A stretch of DNA of 64,000 nt from Klebsormidium nitens (Eukaryota > Plantae > Klebsormidiophyceae), in assembly GCA_000708835.1 (NCBI GenBank), contig DF237258.1:41877-105876 (forward strand), in the 5' to 3' direction. Of this stretch, positions 12,732-25,500 are shown piece after piece; the stretch's first letter is position 1, and each line of letters begins with the position of its first letter. The position numbers and the translations under genes were made by a program. Under the pieces are notes generated by a model. The model saw only the letters and a list, made by a program, of their open reading frames with translations. It did no database searches and had not been told where the DNA came from.

Positions 12732-13461
12732 CTCTGCCAAGTAAGCAGCCAGATCAAGTCCTTTGCGGGCCGCCTTGTGTACGACAGTGTTTTGTCTGGG
12801 CGCGCAGGTCTCGCGCCGCGCCCAAGCGGCAGTGGATACTCAGCAAATTTCAAACCCTGGGGCAGGGTTTAAGTCCTGCCGCCGCTTGCAAACCCCCGCG
12901 CGCGATGGCAGCGAAGTCCGATCATGAACTTCATTCGGCCAGCTGCGTGCCAGTCTCGGGTCGCAACTCGCGCGTACAGCTTTCTCAGAAACTTTCTGGC
13001 TGCTGATGCTGATCAGGGCCAAGAGCCAAACCTCCAAGCGCCACACCGGAGTCAGCATCTCCTGGCCTATGAAGGCTGATGGCGCATCAGTGTGCAAAAA
13101 TGTGACAGGACAAACCAGGACAGACTCGAGGCAAAGGTGAAAGTGGGCTCTTTCAAGGATAAGTCCATCTCATGATGAATGCAGGCTTTCTCAAAACAAA
13201 GGAACATCATGATGAAAACGTCACGAAAACGTCTCTGCTAGCTGAGTGACACCATGAGAGGAAGTGACATGCCTGCGCCAAAACAGATGGACAGCGGGCT
13301 GCACGTGATGATAAAAGCGACTCTTTCAGCACCACGAATTCAGGGAACTTGGAGAACAGGTTGAAGTCCCGTTTCATGCACGCTCTGTGGGACAGTTATC
13401 ATGTAAGGAAGCACGCATGCATATTTGACTCTCTCTAGGCAAGTCCTCACGCAAGTCCCCA

Positions 13462-16400
13462 CTATGCGTTCAAATCCTCTGATCTCGCCGAGGGTATCCT
13501 GTGCGTTTTGAGGATGGAGGGAGTGGCGGCTTTGGCCGCGGCCGTCTCGAGCACCATGACCTGGTCGTACTCGAGGTCGAAGCGCAGGAAGGGCGCCGTC
13601 GCGGCCTCGACCATGGCGGCCAGGTGCTTCAGATTGTTGACGCGCGTGCCGTTGAAGCGCAGCACCTGCGTGTTCACGATTTCCTCGTATCCGATGTTGA
13701 TGTCCGCTACCAGCACCTGGGGAACACGGACGGCAATCAAAGCGTAAGCGTCTACTGGATACAGTGTTGGCACCACAAAGACACAAAGAGCAGCGAGCTT
13801 CGACAATATTCCACGACCAGGAGGTGTTATTAGTGCGTCGATACGTCGCGAGAAGCGAGAGGGCACGGCTCAATTCATGCGATCAGCACGTCGTTAAAGA
13901 TTGGATTGAGTCTTTCGTCAGCAGAGAGAAAGGGGAGCCTTGGCCTTAACAGCTCGCACCAATCCCACGAGACGTGCTGCTTCCCTTAACCAGACTCAAC
14001 GGGTTGCCCGACCTCTTGTAAACTGCCGTTCTCTCAACATCCGAACATGGCGGGGATACGGCAGGCATTCGGGTCTTGGAAAAGCCCTCCTCGATCCATC
14101 CGTAAACTTCAAAGAATTCCGGGAACAATACCAGATTCAGACAACACGCATTTCAAGCTCCAAGACAAATGGCTGGCAGCTTTGTGACCGGCTTGACTGC
14201 CGGTCACAAATCTGCTGCACACGGTGTGCGATGCTGACCTGCGAGACGACGACGACCTGCTGGTCGGGCGCGTCGGCCATGACGTGCATCATCTTGTCCA
14301 GCAGCTTCACGGGCGCGTCGAACTCGAAGTTCTTGCCGTACTCGGACGCCAGGTACGGCACCGACACCGGTGTGAACACCAGGCCTGCGGAGCAGTGTAA
14401 AGCCTTCTTTTTTCCGAAGCAAGTGTGGAGGGAAAGGCGACAAAAGCTGTGGGCATTTCTGGGGCGACAACTGCGAACTGAATGGAGCAATGCCGTTCGA
14501 AGGAACCCAGAATCGCTCAAAAAAGCGGCCCTCTTCCTCAATGGCGGCGACACACCACAAGCTTCGTATCGAGCTCTGTTGGCAGCTTGAAGTCCTCGGC
14601 TTTGCGCGATCCTCCTTAGAAGCCCGCTTTGACCACCGTCTTGTTTATTCCAAAAGCAACGCCACACTTCCTACTCCCCTTCTCTCTCAGCACCACAACA
14701 CTCTCCCCCGCGTCTCACCTGCGACGATGTAGTAGCTGGGCGGCTTCCCCCCGGTGTGAACTGGCACCAGCCGGTTGTGGCTGCCCAGCTTGACCTGCAC
14801 CTGGTGCTCGCGCCCCTCGCGCAGGATGGTCAGCCGCGCCGTCTCGCCCGTGTACCGCTGTGACACCAGGTACGAGAACGCGATGCGCTCGCCGCGCCGG
14901 AACGGGACGGTGCCGTCGTTGGCCACGTCAACGCCGTCGAAACTGCGGAGCAAACACGGGCGCTGGAGCGAGAATCCGAAAGAAAAGCTTTCTTAAAGTT
15001 CGCTATCTGATTCGACGTACCTTTGCGCAGAAGGTAACTGTCGTGTGTCAGCAAACGAGATCGGTAAAGCAGACTCGCTTGATGATTACACCAACGGATC
15101 AACAAACGCAAATTGCACCCTTCCTCCTCCGATCGACTCCGTTCATGCTGCTATCTACCTACTCAGACACTTGTAGTCGGACCTTGACTGGAATTCTTAC
15201 CTGAGCAGAATGTCCGATGCCTGGAGCTGCTCGGCCGAGGGTGCCGTGGGCTCAACTCGGCGGACTCGAACACCCTTCTGATGATCCTGCAGTACACAAG
15301 AGATGGCACATTCAGACTCAGGGAGCGGGATTGACAACAGACAAGAGCTGACGATGCAATGTACAACCACCATGTGAGATATGTGGAAACACAGAGACTA
15401 TCGGCAAGAAGAAAGGTCACGCAATACATTCTGAAATATGGACCAAGCACAGGCTGTAACGATCCGATCGGTTTATCCCTCAAAAGTTCAGAAACACTGC
15501 TTTCAGCAAACAAGAACCTTCAAGCCCTCGTTTGCGACCTCAGGCGAAAAGTGAGGTGCACGACGAGCCCGGCAGAGCAGATGAGAGCGGTTCAAGTGAC
15601 TATATTGAAGTATTGAACGTTTCGAAAATGAGCTTTCGGTTGGTTTGATGTGTCTCACCGTCATCCCCAGGGCTTTTCGCAGCTGCGGGTTCTCCATCTT
15701 CTGCCACTCAATCCCCAGGATGGGGAACCCGGTGTAGCCCCCCGTGCGCTCAAAGTCGGTGATGAAGTGGTTGATCACGGGCGTCGGGATCACATACCCG
15801 ATGTTCTCTGCGTCCTCGTTTTTCAGCGACTGGAATGCGATGCCCACGCAGTTCCCCGACTCATTAAATGCGGGCCCCCCGGAGTTGCCAGCATTGATTG
15901 CCGCATCGATTTGCACGCCTAGCAGCTCGCTGCTCCCATGGGCGTACGACGTGACCTCAATCCGCGAGACGACCCCGCTCGTCACGGAGATGGTGTCGCC
16001 CCCAATCGGATACCCAACGACAGTCACAGAGTCCTGGCGGCGAGGTAGTCTAGAATCAGGTGAAGCACTTGAAAGTAATTGATGCATATACTGCTGTGAT
16101 CGGCCAAAGCCTATTGCAGAACGTACAGATGGAATCTGAGAGTCAGATTATGAAATCCAGTCGAAAATGGACCATCTCAAGGCACCCTTTTGCCAATACA
16201 TGCTGATGTTTGCGAAGAACCTCTACATGTGTGGACAGGAGAGATCAATCAGGAGGAACAGCAAGAAGTTTGCAAAAGTAGCATACCAACCGCAAGCAGC
16301 AAAAGCTGAACGGGCGAGGCCTGGACTGACCTGCAACCGGGGGAGGCTTCCAAACTCGAGCGGCGTCACCCCTTCCCAGAAATCGTCGTCCTCCACCGTG

Positions 16401-17773
16401 AGCATGGCAATGTCGCACTCGGTCCCAATCGCCAGAACGGTGGCCAGAAACTTGGTGTCGGAGCCCCGCTTTTTGACTTTGACCTGGACCACAACAGGAC
16501 AACATTAAAGTGTTCTAGAAATAGGTGGAATTGAGATACAAGTATTGGCATAAAGGTCTTGCCGAAGGAGACCTTCGGCACCGGATCAGGGTAGGTTTGC
16601 CGACCATGGAGTCAAAGCCCTAACTGAAGTTGGCATAGAGTTGTCTTCGCGTCCGCAGAAAGTCCTTGCTGTGTATTGGCGGCCCACAAGCAGCAAGCAG
16701 AGAACCGATAGCACACAGCCCGTCAATCGGACTTTCCCACCAGTCAGAAACTACGTCTCTAGGGATTTCGCATCCAGCGCAAGCCGACAAGCAAAGGACG
16801 AGCCTTTCTAATCCCGATTATCACGTCCCTAGCATCTCCCCCTCACCTGTGTGTGATGCTCGACACTGTGAGCGTTGGTTAGCACGCGCCGCCCTCCGAT
16901 GATGAAACCGCTCGAGTTGGAGCTGAACTGGCGCTTGCGTTGCCATGGAAGCGAGTAATTGGGCTCTGTATGAGTGCAGAACACCTTCACCACCGCGTCC
17001 ATGAACGGCGCATCCTCTTCCTCCAAGCCGCCATCGTCATGGCCCTGAACTTGGGCGGGTGGTGGTGATCGGCGGCTGCGGCCAGTCTTCCGCTGCGGAG
17101 TTTCTCGGGGTGGCAACTCATAGCCTGGGACAAAGAGAGAGTCAAACAAAGTATGAATGATGACCAAAGCGCGGCATTGAAAGGCAGAACTGATCCCTAT
17201 GCTCCAGAAGCAAAGCAGCAGTGCACACAAAGGGTTTATCTTCTAATTGCAACTTTTCTACTTCCGACACAACCACCACCACCACCACCATTACCAAAAC
17301 CAGATTTTACAGTCCCCAGAGCAGATAGTAATCATCAGAAATGCACCTGGCGCTGGCAAACCCTTGTCCGCCCGGCGACCCCTGGTGCCTGGCCCTCCCC
17401 CAGTGGCGCCGCTTCTGCCTTTCCGCCCGTCTTGGTCTTTCCTCACACCGCCTTTATTGTTCTTGCGTGCCGGTCCAACCGGAACGTCATCGGAGCTGGT
17501 CTCTGCATGCTGCCCGCTGGCGCCAGGTTTATTGTCATTGACCGCTGCTTTCCCGGCCCGCCTGCGCAAGGAAGGTGGCGTGGCAGTGTCCACTATGTCC
17601 TCCTCAACGTTTGGGGCAGGTTCGGTCACATGCATGCGCTCTGGTTCTGGAAGCACCTCCCGTTCAAGGACTATTTCAGGGCCGTCCAAGGAAGGGAGGC
17701 CAGCTAGAGCAGCATCTTCGCCCGCCGGATTCAATTTTGCCTTCTTCCGACCACGCGTTTCCCTGCTGGCCAT
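13462..17773 (-). CDS. DEG9: Deg/HtrA serine protease Do-like 9 (trypsin-like domain plus PDZ domains); 8 exons
   Basis: Exons 17773-17347, 17124-16847, 16483-16331, 16033-15659, 15286-15201, 14942-14719, 14384-14239 and 13716-13462. Catalytic triad motifs [14 protein letters not shown] and [83 protein letters not shown] is near-identical to plant DEG9 as I recall it. The basic N-terminus ([13 protein letters not shown]) fits nuclear/nucleolar targeting. The track start at 17845 is TTG. Confidence 0.95.
17272..17289. repeat. (ACC)6 microsatellite in DEG9 intron 1
   Basis: accaccaccaccaccacc read directly. Confidence 0.9.
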
Positions 17774-18897
17774 CGCAGAAGGCGGTCTTGACGCCTGAGG
17801 AGAAGCTGAGTGCGCAAATGGGCGTTCTTGTGCGCCCAAAGACAATGTCAGCTCACAACTGCATACCGTGACGCTGACCTATTTTGCTGAGGCGTAATAA
17901 AGTCCTAAAGTCCTATAATAATATCATGCAGCTAGCTCATTGCAGGCATTTTAGCCTCGAGCCGACGGACGTGCTGTCGGGGCCCTGGGCCGACCGTACG
18001 CGACGAGCGCCGCCGCCCGCTCGCGCGGCCGCCGTCGCTCGACATGATCAAATTGCAATGCCGCGGCCAGTGGCCGCGCAGCGTGGACCAAATACGCAGC
18101 TGCGAAGCAGGCATGCAGTGAGATGGCGTCGGACTGAAGCGTGAAAGATACCCGTTAAGGATCAAGGCATGGCATTGAAAACTTTGAAAATGGTGTAAGT
18201 TCACTAAAGCATACTTTCCTAAATAATATTCAAGACGAAAACGTCCAAGTGTTATCCTGACAAAAGTTGGCGTAACGACTGTAACGAGTCAGTCCTCTAG
18301 TCTGAATGCCACGTCAAGGTTGCATCTGGAAAACAAGGTATCCGGCTTGTCCCTGGCTGCTTGATGAGTGTGCAACTGTATTCAAACCGTATATTGCGCA
18401 CCTTAGAAACATCGATGATATTTCTATGCAGTATCAGCTAATACAAGGTTCTAACAGACACCAACGCTACAATCCGTTCATTTTGCTTCGACGTCCCTTC
18501 GTGTGCAACTACTGCGACGAAGCCTTTTCATTGACAACGACGAACCATGCTAGTACGTACAGGCGCTACAGTTGGTGCCTCCAATCCATCCTGTCAAAAA
18601 GCCGCTCGAGATGACACCATTTGCACAGCTCACACCGTCATGAAACTCCAACCAAGCCCGCTCAATGTCAAAAATTTCCGAAAAGCATACCTCATTTTCA
18701 GTATCGCTTCTACGCTTGCTTCCGGCATCTTTTATTGAGAACAGGAAATTTGAAAGGACTTCTGATCTCACATGATTCAAGAATTAGCTACTTGACTTGG
18801 CTATTTTAGCGTCTTGCGTCCTTGAACTTCTTCTCTTCCTCCTGACGCATGAAAATCTTACAGCGGAAGCTTGCAATGAAGCGAGGGCTGCCAAATC

Positions 18898-21073
18898 CTA
18901 TGCAAGCATCTGATTGAGCTTGAGAATGTGATCGTCAAGATCGTTGCATATCCTGCAAGAGCAACAAATTTTGATCAGTCCGTATGGATACACCAAAATG
19001 CCACACAGAAATGAGATTCTTGACTCACGTAGCTCACTGCTCAACAATCGTTTAGCTTTCGACAAAAGGATGGCATGCAACAGCGCGCGACAGTAACTTC
19101 CCAGCTTTCGAGATGCTCACCGTCGCTTTTCATCTCTTTCTTGGGTCGCCGCGTACAATTGAGCCTCCACCCTCTGGCTCTCTTCAGAAGCAGAGTTCAA
19201 GTCCGACTTTCTACTCTTCAGTTTGCTCTCCAGGTCTTTTGCTTCTTTGAGGTGTCGAAGTTTTGTCTCCTTCAGCTTCTGTTCAAGTTCGTCCGATGAT
19301 GCCTCAGTGTCTCCGACCTGTTTCACAACTTCCTTCTGTCTTCGCTCGAGATCTGCACGTCAAGAAAGGTCTATTAGGTCCGTACGAAGGAGTTCAAGCT
19401 TTGAACACCTAGATAGTAAGAATGACCTCTACTAAACGTGATCGTTCTATTGCAAACTCGTCTTTCAGGCCAGCACACTTGTTCAATCGATCGCTCGAAG
19501 CATCGAAGATCTCAACCAGGCGTATGTATCGCCACCGCTTGTGGATTTTCAATTGCAGAGTACGTCGATTGATGTGCAAGGCATGTTCGCAGAGCGCACG
19601 TACCTTCAATCGCTCTATTCAGCTCCTTCTCCTTTCCATCGAGGTTGTCAATGACGGTGACAGTTTGGGACCGCTGGTGGTCTAGCTCGTTCTGTAGCTG
19701 TACAACAAGATCGTAACCTGTAGATTAGTTTGAAAGAAAGCCAAATCGATGATGGAACTCATTTCGACAATCCACAAAACTAGACAAAGAGGGGCTGCGC
19801 CATTTGGCGCACAACATAGTCCATGTCTTTGCGGTCATGATATGCTCCAGAAGTGCATACGAATTCACTTGCCGTCGACTTGTCGTTCACAACACTTACT
19901 GCTTGCAGCTTGCGTGATAGTTCGTCGATGATCGTCTGCTGTTTCACTTGCGTATCAGCAATCAACTTCTCGTGGTGCTGTATCTGCTCTATCTGCTCCC
20001 TGTAGACCGCCGATGTCTCTCCTTCTTTCGTCTCGAGATTCTCATGAATCGTCTGGAGCTCTCTGTAAGGATTTGCAAGATTTCAAGTGTTCTGGTCGAC
20101 TTACATAGACCTTTTCAAAGCTCAAAGATTGGTTGAATGGAACACATGAGGCAACCGCAACAGCGTGGCTTTTCTGGGTGTTTATTTGGCGGGGTACAAA
20201 GTAATCAAGACAGTGCAAGCTCGGCGAACCGAAGACCTTTCGAAAACGCTCACTTGATCTCGTCCCTTTGCTTTTCCAAGTTCTGACGAAGGCTGCTGGT
20301 CTCTCGTCGTGTAAGCAGCAGACGACGTTCTTGATGCTTTGATTCCTCAATCTGCAATAAGCACCGCTGCTGGACTTCGTCCCTTTGCTCCTGGAGCTGA
20401 ACCAGAAGCTGAGCCTTGGAGTCCTGGAGCTGCACTTCCACCTGGCAATGCAGCGCATCGCCGAAAGTCATGGACGGTCTTGAAACAGCTCCCCAAGGGC
20501 GACGATTTTCTTGTGAGATAGAGTACTCAGCAAAGGCGATCTTTCAAAATGAGATTGCTCCGCGTGCTTCAGAATGCCAATAGTGGCAAGGTCTTCAGTA
20601 GACCTCCTCACCTGCAACCGCGTTTTCTGCTCCTCTAGCGTCCTTGCCATCTGCAACAGCCTTAAATGGAAGCTTGATTGGACCTCCATCTCAACGGACA
20701 CAAGTTTCCACCTTGGCAAAGAGCCTGATACTCACAAGCAAGCTCAAGCTACTGAAAGCTCTCCAACTATGTCATACCTCCTTACTTCCAATTCCTGATA
20801 TTCGTGCTTTCTTTTTAAGGTCACGAGCTAATTAGTCCTGTAGCATACAAGCTGAAGTCAGGTTTCATAGATGGGGGAGCTGTGCCAAAACTCCGGGGAA
20901 TTGACGGCATTGTTCAACTTATCAATATGATCAGTTCTCTTGTGCGCTGTGTTCAATCTGCAACCTTTCTCAGCAGAAAGTGAATGCTTCTTGTTGAAAC
21001 ATCGGTGGTCAGCATGCACAGCGGATCACGTGAGACGTCGTCTTCGTCATACGAATCTAGGATACTCGACACC
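18898..21073 (-). CDS. Uncharacterised coiled-coil protein (multi-exon; both ends uncertain)
   Basis: Phase-compatible exons give LVTLKRKHEYQELE|MARTLEEQKTRLQ|VEVQLQDSKAQLLVQLQEQRDEVQQRCLLQIEESKHQERRLLLTRRETSSLRQNLEKQRDEIK|ELQTIHENLETKEGETSAVYREQIEQIQHHEKLIADTQVKQQTIIDELSRKLQA|LQNELDHQRSQTVTVIDNLDGKEKELNRAIE|DLERRQKEVVKQVGDTEASSDELEQKLKETKLRHLKEAKDLESKLKSRKSDLNSASEESQRVEAQLYAATQERDEKRR|ICNDLDDHILKLNQMLA*. Heptad-like E/Q/K/L/R composition throughout. Start codon not identified. Confidence 0.65.
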
Positions 21074-21533
21074 TAGTATCTAGAAGAAAGTCCCCGACGC
21101 ATTGCCTTAAGAGAAAGACCTGGCCTACAAACACGATCATCTGTGCACCCAAACCACCATACCTATCCCACCCGTTCTGGGAGCGTGTCCTAGAAGTAAG
21201 TTTAACATGAGGTCCTCAAAAGCGCGCAAACAAACGTTGCTTTCATACTCTGGCCTTACGACTACAAAATGTACGCTTTTACTGATGATGCAAACGCTGA
21301 ATCACCTTCAATGAACAAAAGAAGAACCAGGTTCCAGAAATTTTGACAACTTTCTTGTCTCCGAAGGGGCCTGTCTGGGCCTGTCTCCTAAGGTGCACAG
21401 CCCGCATGGGACGCGTAGGATTTATTTGGTGGTTATTATAGAGAGTCACCGCTTTTTACAAAAGTGCTTCAAGATCGCGCCACTAAGTTCAGGTTATATC
21501 GCGATGTCACCAACACAACGTGACGAAATGTCT

Positions 21534-21708
21534 CTTCAATTTAGGTAAAGTAAGCTCGAGGTATAGTAAGCTCCCAGCCTAACACTGAAAACCTAACCCT
21601 TGAAATCACCCGCTCCGCACCCGAACCCACCCTATCCCCCAAACTAACCCCACCCGTCCCAGGCTGCTTGGCTTACTTTACCTGAAGCTTACTTTACCTA
21701 AATTGAAG
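21534..21708. mobile_element. MITE-like non-autonomous DNA transposon (175 bp; 23-bp perfect TIRs; possible TCT target-site duplication)
   Basis: CTTCAATTTAGGTAAAGTAAGCT (21534-21556) is the exact reverse complement of AGCTTACTTTACCTAAATTGAAG (21686-21708). A second subterminal copy of the AGGTA(A/T)AGTAAGC motif lies inside each end (21559-21572; 21671-21683). TCT flanks both sides (21531-21533, 21709-21711). C-rich core, no ORF. Confidence 0.8.
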
Positions 21709-22544
21709 TCTTATCGTGACGAATGCCTGCAGCCTAGACCGAGGTGTAAAGCTAGAGCCAGAATCAAAGTCGGCTAGCTCGTTATGATTGGCCCGGAAGA
21801 TCCTGATGTCATATCATATACTATGTTCGGCCATTGTCACCATGGGAATTTTGTGCTCAGATACAAGTCACGGCGCGAGTGCACAGCTCAGTGCCAACTC
21901 AATAACGTTGAGCACAAATGAAAATGTGGTTTGCCGCGTGTATGATCAAAATCTTGTAGATTCTTACATGTCTGGCATGCGCACAACTCTCAGCCTCCGC
22001 GGCCGCTAGACAGCAGGCCCAGATCATGCACCTAGTGCAAGATTCAGCGAAGGTGTACACGCATTTTATACGCCTAGCTAAAGCTCTTTGCGCTTCTTTA
22101 TAATGCGGTCACGCGAACACAATACATGCTGGTTTAGAGCTCAGATCCATCACGCCTGAGAGATCGAGCGTCCAATCAACTTTCAACCTGGCCACACAGA
22201 GGTCTGTGTGAAAAAGTTTTCAGTCGTCATAACGTGAGCCACTGTACGTGGATCAATGTGGCGTCCATCATTACTCGCTGATGCACTAAATAGCAGGCTG
22301 ATCGAAACGGATGGCTTGCGCCGCGCACTACGCATGAAGGACAATAGTCCGGCTACAACATCCATGCAGGATGCACGACGGAGCTGGCGGCTCCTGCCAA
22401 TCACATGCTCCATGGCTATACCCGCAATCGAGAACATATTGGGCTGCGAAGTCCTTTTACTTCCGATCGGCCTGATCCTTAACTTACTCGCATCGAGTAT
22501 TTCACCTCGACCCGAGCCTACTCTGTGCCTGCACCTAGTTTCTC

Positions 22545-25500
22545 TCAGGAGCCTTCTGAGGATCCGAGAACGAGTGCTTTAAGAGAGGCAAGCTGGCTGT
22601 TTAAGCTCTCTTCTTTCTGGCCCATCAACTTAGTGTCGTCACCTTCGGAGGCAGAGGCTGCTGTCGCTGCGAGAAGATCAACAGTGGCTCGATGGTACTC
22701 GTTGAGAGTGGCAAACGACGCGGGGGGGAGCTCATCCTGTGGGGGACGAAAGGGGGCACACTGATCAACTTTCTGAGCAAGAGGCTCCTATCAACAAAGG
22801 TTTGCCTCAATGAGCGCTGCGGTAATGCAAAGCTGCAGATCACTTACGAAGGGCCAGAAATGCTCCTACACGCCGGACTGCCATAACAGACCTCCATCCA
22901 CGATCTTAGAGTCACCTGCGAAAACCTTTAAGCACTTTGCATGTCCTGGCTTTGACTCCATACCACTTTGTTTACTCAGCAGGACAACCACGACGTGCAT
23001 GAGCTCAACGTCCTAGCGCTTCGTGCTTCTAAGCATAAGCAACCTGAGAAAGTCGAAGCGTGTGAAGCAAAGGCGCACGGCCTCACCTTTAGCCTGGCAA
23101 TGGCTGCTGCCATGGCCCGCCCTGGCGCTTGCAGGGCACGACTGAGGACCTGGGCGTACAAAGCGGCCACCACCAGGGGCAGCGATGCAACAGCGCTGTT
23201 CTCCGCCTCCAGTTGAGCGACGAGGGTCTGCCAAAAGGATATCGAAATTCATCAACGTCAGACTGCGTACCCAAACTGCCAACCAGGGGACAGCGTATCC
23301 ATTTTGCTGCTGCTGGATAGTTCAAGGGGCCTAAGTGAGGCCTCTGCTTTTGAATGAGCCGAACGTCCACAAGGAAACGTGCAAAAACAGCGGTTGCTTG
23401 TCCCCTTCTGTGGATCACGTTCGGCATCATAACAATCGAACTTCCTCGTCGTGAAAGGTCTGTAATCAGCCCGGACAACAGACAGGCGTGTCCGCTTTCA
23501 GTAACCGGGAAAGAACGTTCCATCAGGAGTAGACAATAAGCGAACCAGTCAGTCCCCGCAGGCAGTCACCTTTCTGTGCGCGTGCAGGAGGGAGCGCTCG
23601 AGCTTCTTGTCCAGCTTTTTCAGCCGCACGCCGCATGCCTCCGCCGTGTGGTCCAGCGCCTCCTGGAACGCCGCCACGTCCTTGCCGTCTAACGCTGCCA
23701 GCATGGCTCTCGCCCGCTCGGCCACGCCTTTTGGCAGAGCCCGCACCGCCGATGCGCGCTCCGCTGCTGACAGAGGCCCTGTTGACGCGCAGAGAAAACG
23801 AGCAGGTGATTGTGTGAGATTATTAGTTGGATGCAGTGGAGGATGATCAACGACCTCGAGTTACGACATCTAAAACGGGTTTGCGAAGGTCCAGCTGATG
23901 CATGAAAGCACGTAAATAACAATAAGAGGAGCCGCCGGGGAAGCAAGCAGAATTTTCAAAGGCAGCGACAAAAAAAGCAATCGGCTAGAAGAACTTGATA
24001 TCTTTAATCACAGCGTAGTCATCGAAGAACATCTACATCATGGTCCAGCCAGAATGACGAGGGCTCCCTGCTCTGCCCGCCCCAACTCCTCACCTGCGGT
24101 CGGCTCCCGCTCTTCCCCATCCTCCGCTTCCGCCTCCCTCTCGCTCATCAGCAGCGCGTCCGTCGCCTCTGTCGCGGTGGTCCTCAGCAGATGTCTCTGC
24201 AGCAGCGGACCCGTGGCGGCGTCCTCTTCAAACAGCTCCAGCGCCTTTGCAAATAGCTGCAGCCGCAAGTTGGCTTCCTCCAGCTTCTGCAGCAGCGCGT
24301 CCCGCCGCTTGCGCCGCTCCTCTGCGCCCGCCGTGAAGGCGGCCTTCTTGGCGGCCACGAATGTCGCCAGCACCGTGGGCCGCAGCCGCCGCACGAGCGC
24401 GCGCGCCAGCTTGTTGCTGTCGTCAGACGTGCCTATATGAGAGGGGAGTGAAAGTTACGTCAGTCCAGGAGCCACAGCAAGAGGGTGGTCCATGACTTTA
24501 TCAAGTGGCTGCAGGCTTGTTGACAACCAATAAGGGTCCTTGTGGTTGGGAGGAGCGGAAGTGAGTGACGATAGGCCGCCAGGCAAGCCCGCGCACCACT
24601 TCACCTTACGAACTACCACACCGTTGTTTGTGCTAACGAACGTGGGGCGGTAAGCTGTCACGACAAATCTACAATCGCCTCTAGGGATTCGCAAAGACAT
24701 GGATGCAGCTGGCGACCTTGTCGAGAACCGTACGACATTCCGAAGCTACATAGGAAGCCCCTCCTACTCTTACCTGCCCCGGCACCCTCTAGATCCGGGT
24801 ACCACTCCAGCAAGCAGTCCTCCATCTCCGTGTCCGTGGGTGCCCCCCGTGTCTCATTCTCCTCAGCGGCAGGCTCCGTGCTAGCGGCGCCGCCTTTCCC
24901 CGCCTTGTTCCGTCTCCCTTTCTTCGCTCCCTTGCCGCCCCTCGTCTCCTCCTCCTCTTCATCCACCTCTGCACTCTTCGAGGGGGCCCCTCTCCTGCCT
25001 TTTTTGCCCCCCCGTTTCGTCCTACCCCCTTCGTCCTCGCTGTCGTCATTCCCGGCAGCCGAAGTGCTTGCCTGGCTGTTCCGCTCCGCCGTTGCCGCGT
25101 TCGCGGCCTTCGACGGCTTCTTCGCGAGCAAGACAGCCGCGGCCTTGGTGCGAGCTAGAGTGTCGAACTTTTCGATGCAGTCCTTGAGCAAGGACTCCGC
25201 CACCAGACACGTGTCCAGCACCAGGACCGCCGACTTGGTCTGCAGACGTAATCCTCAGGCGTCAAATTTGTGTTGCGACGTGCACGCTGCAACATAGATA
25301 ACCAACTTCCTATCTTAGAAAAGACCATTCTTGTGCCAGAGGGTACTACGGTTGCAGGAAACGTTCTGAGGTAAACGGAAGCGGAACTACAGACGGGCTT
25401 GCAAGTGGTATTGGAAAGCAGGAGGCTCGACAACCACCAGTCAGCTGGCAAAGGATCGACAGCAAGATCGTCTCCAACATGGTCCAAATTTCGCTGTGCT

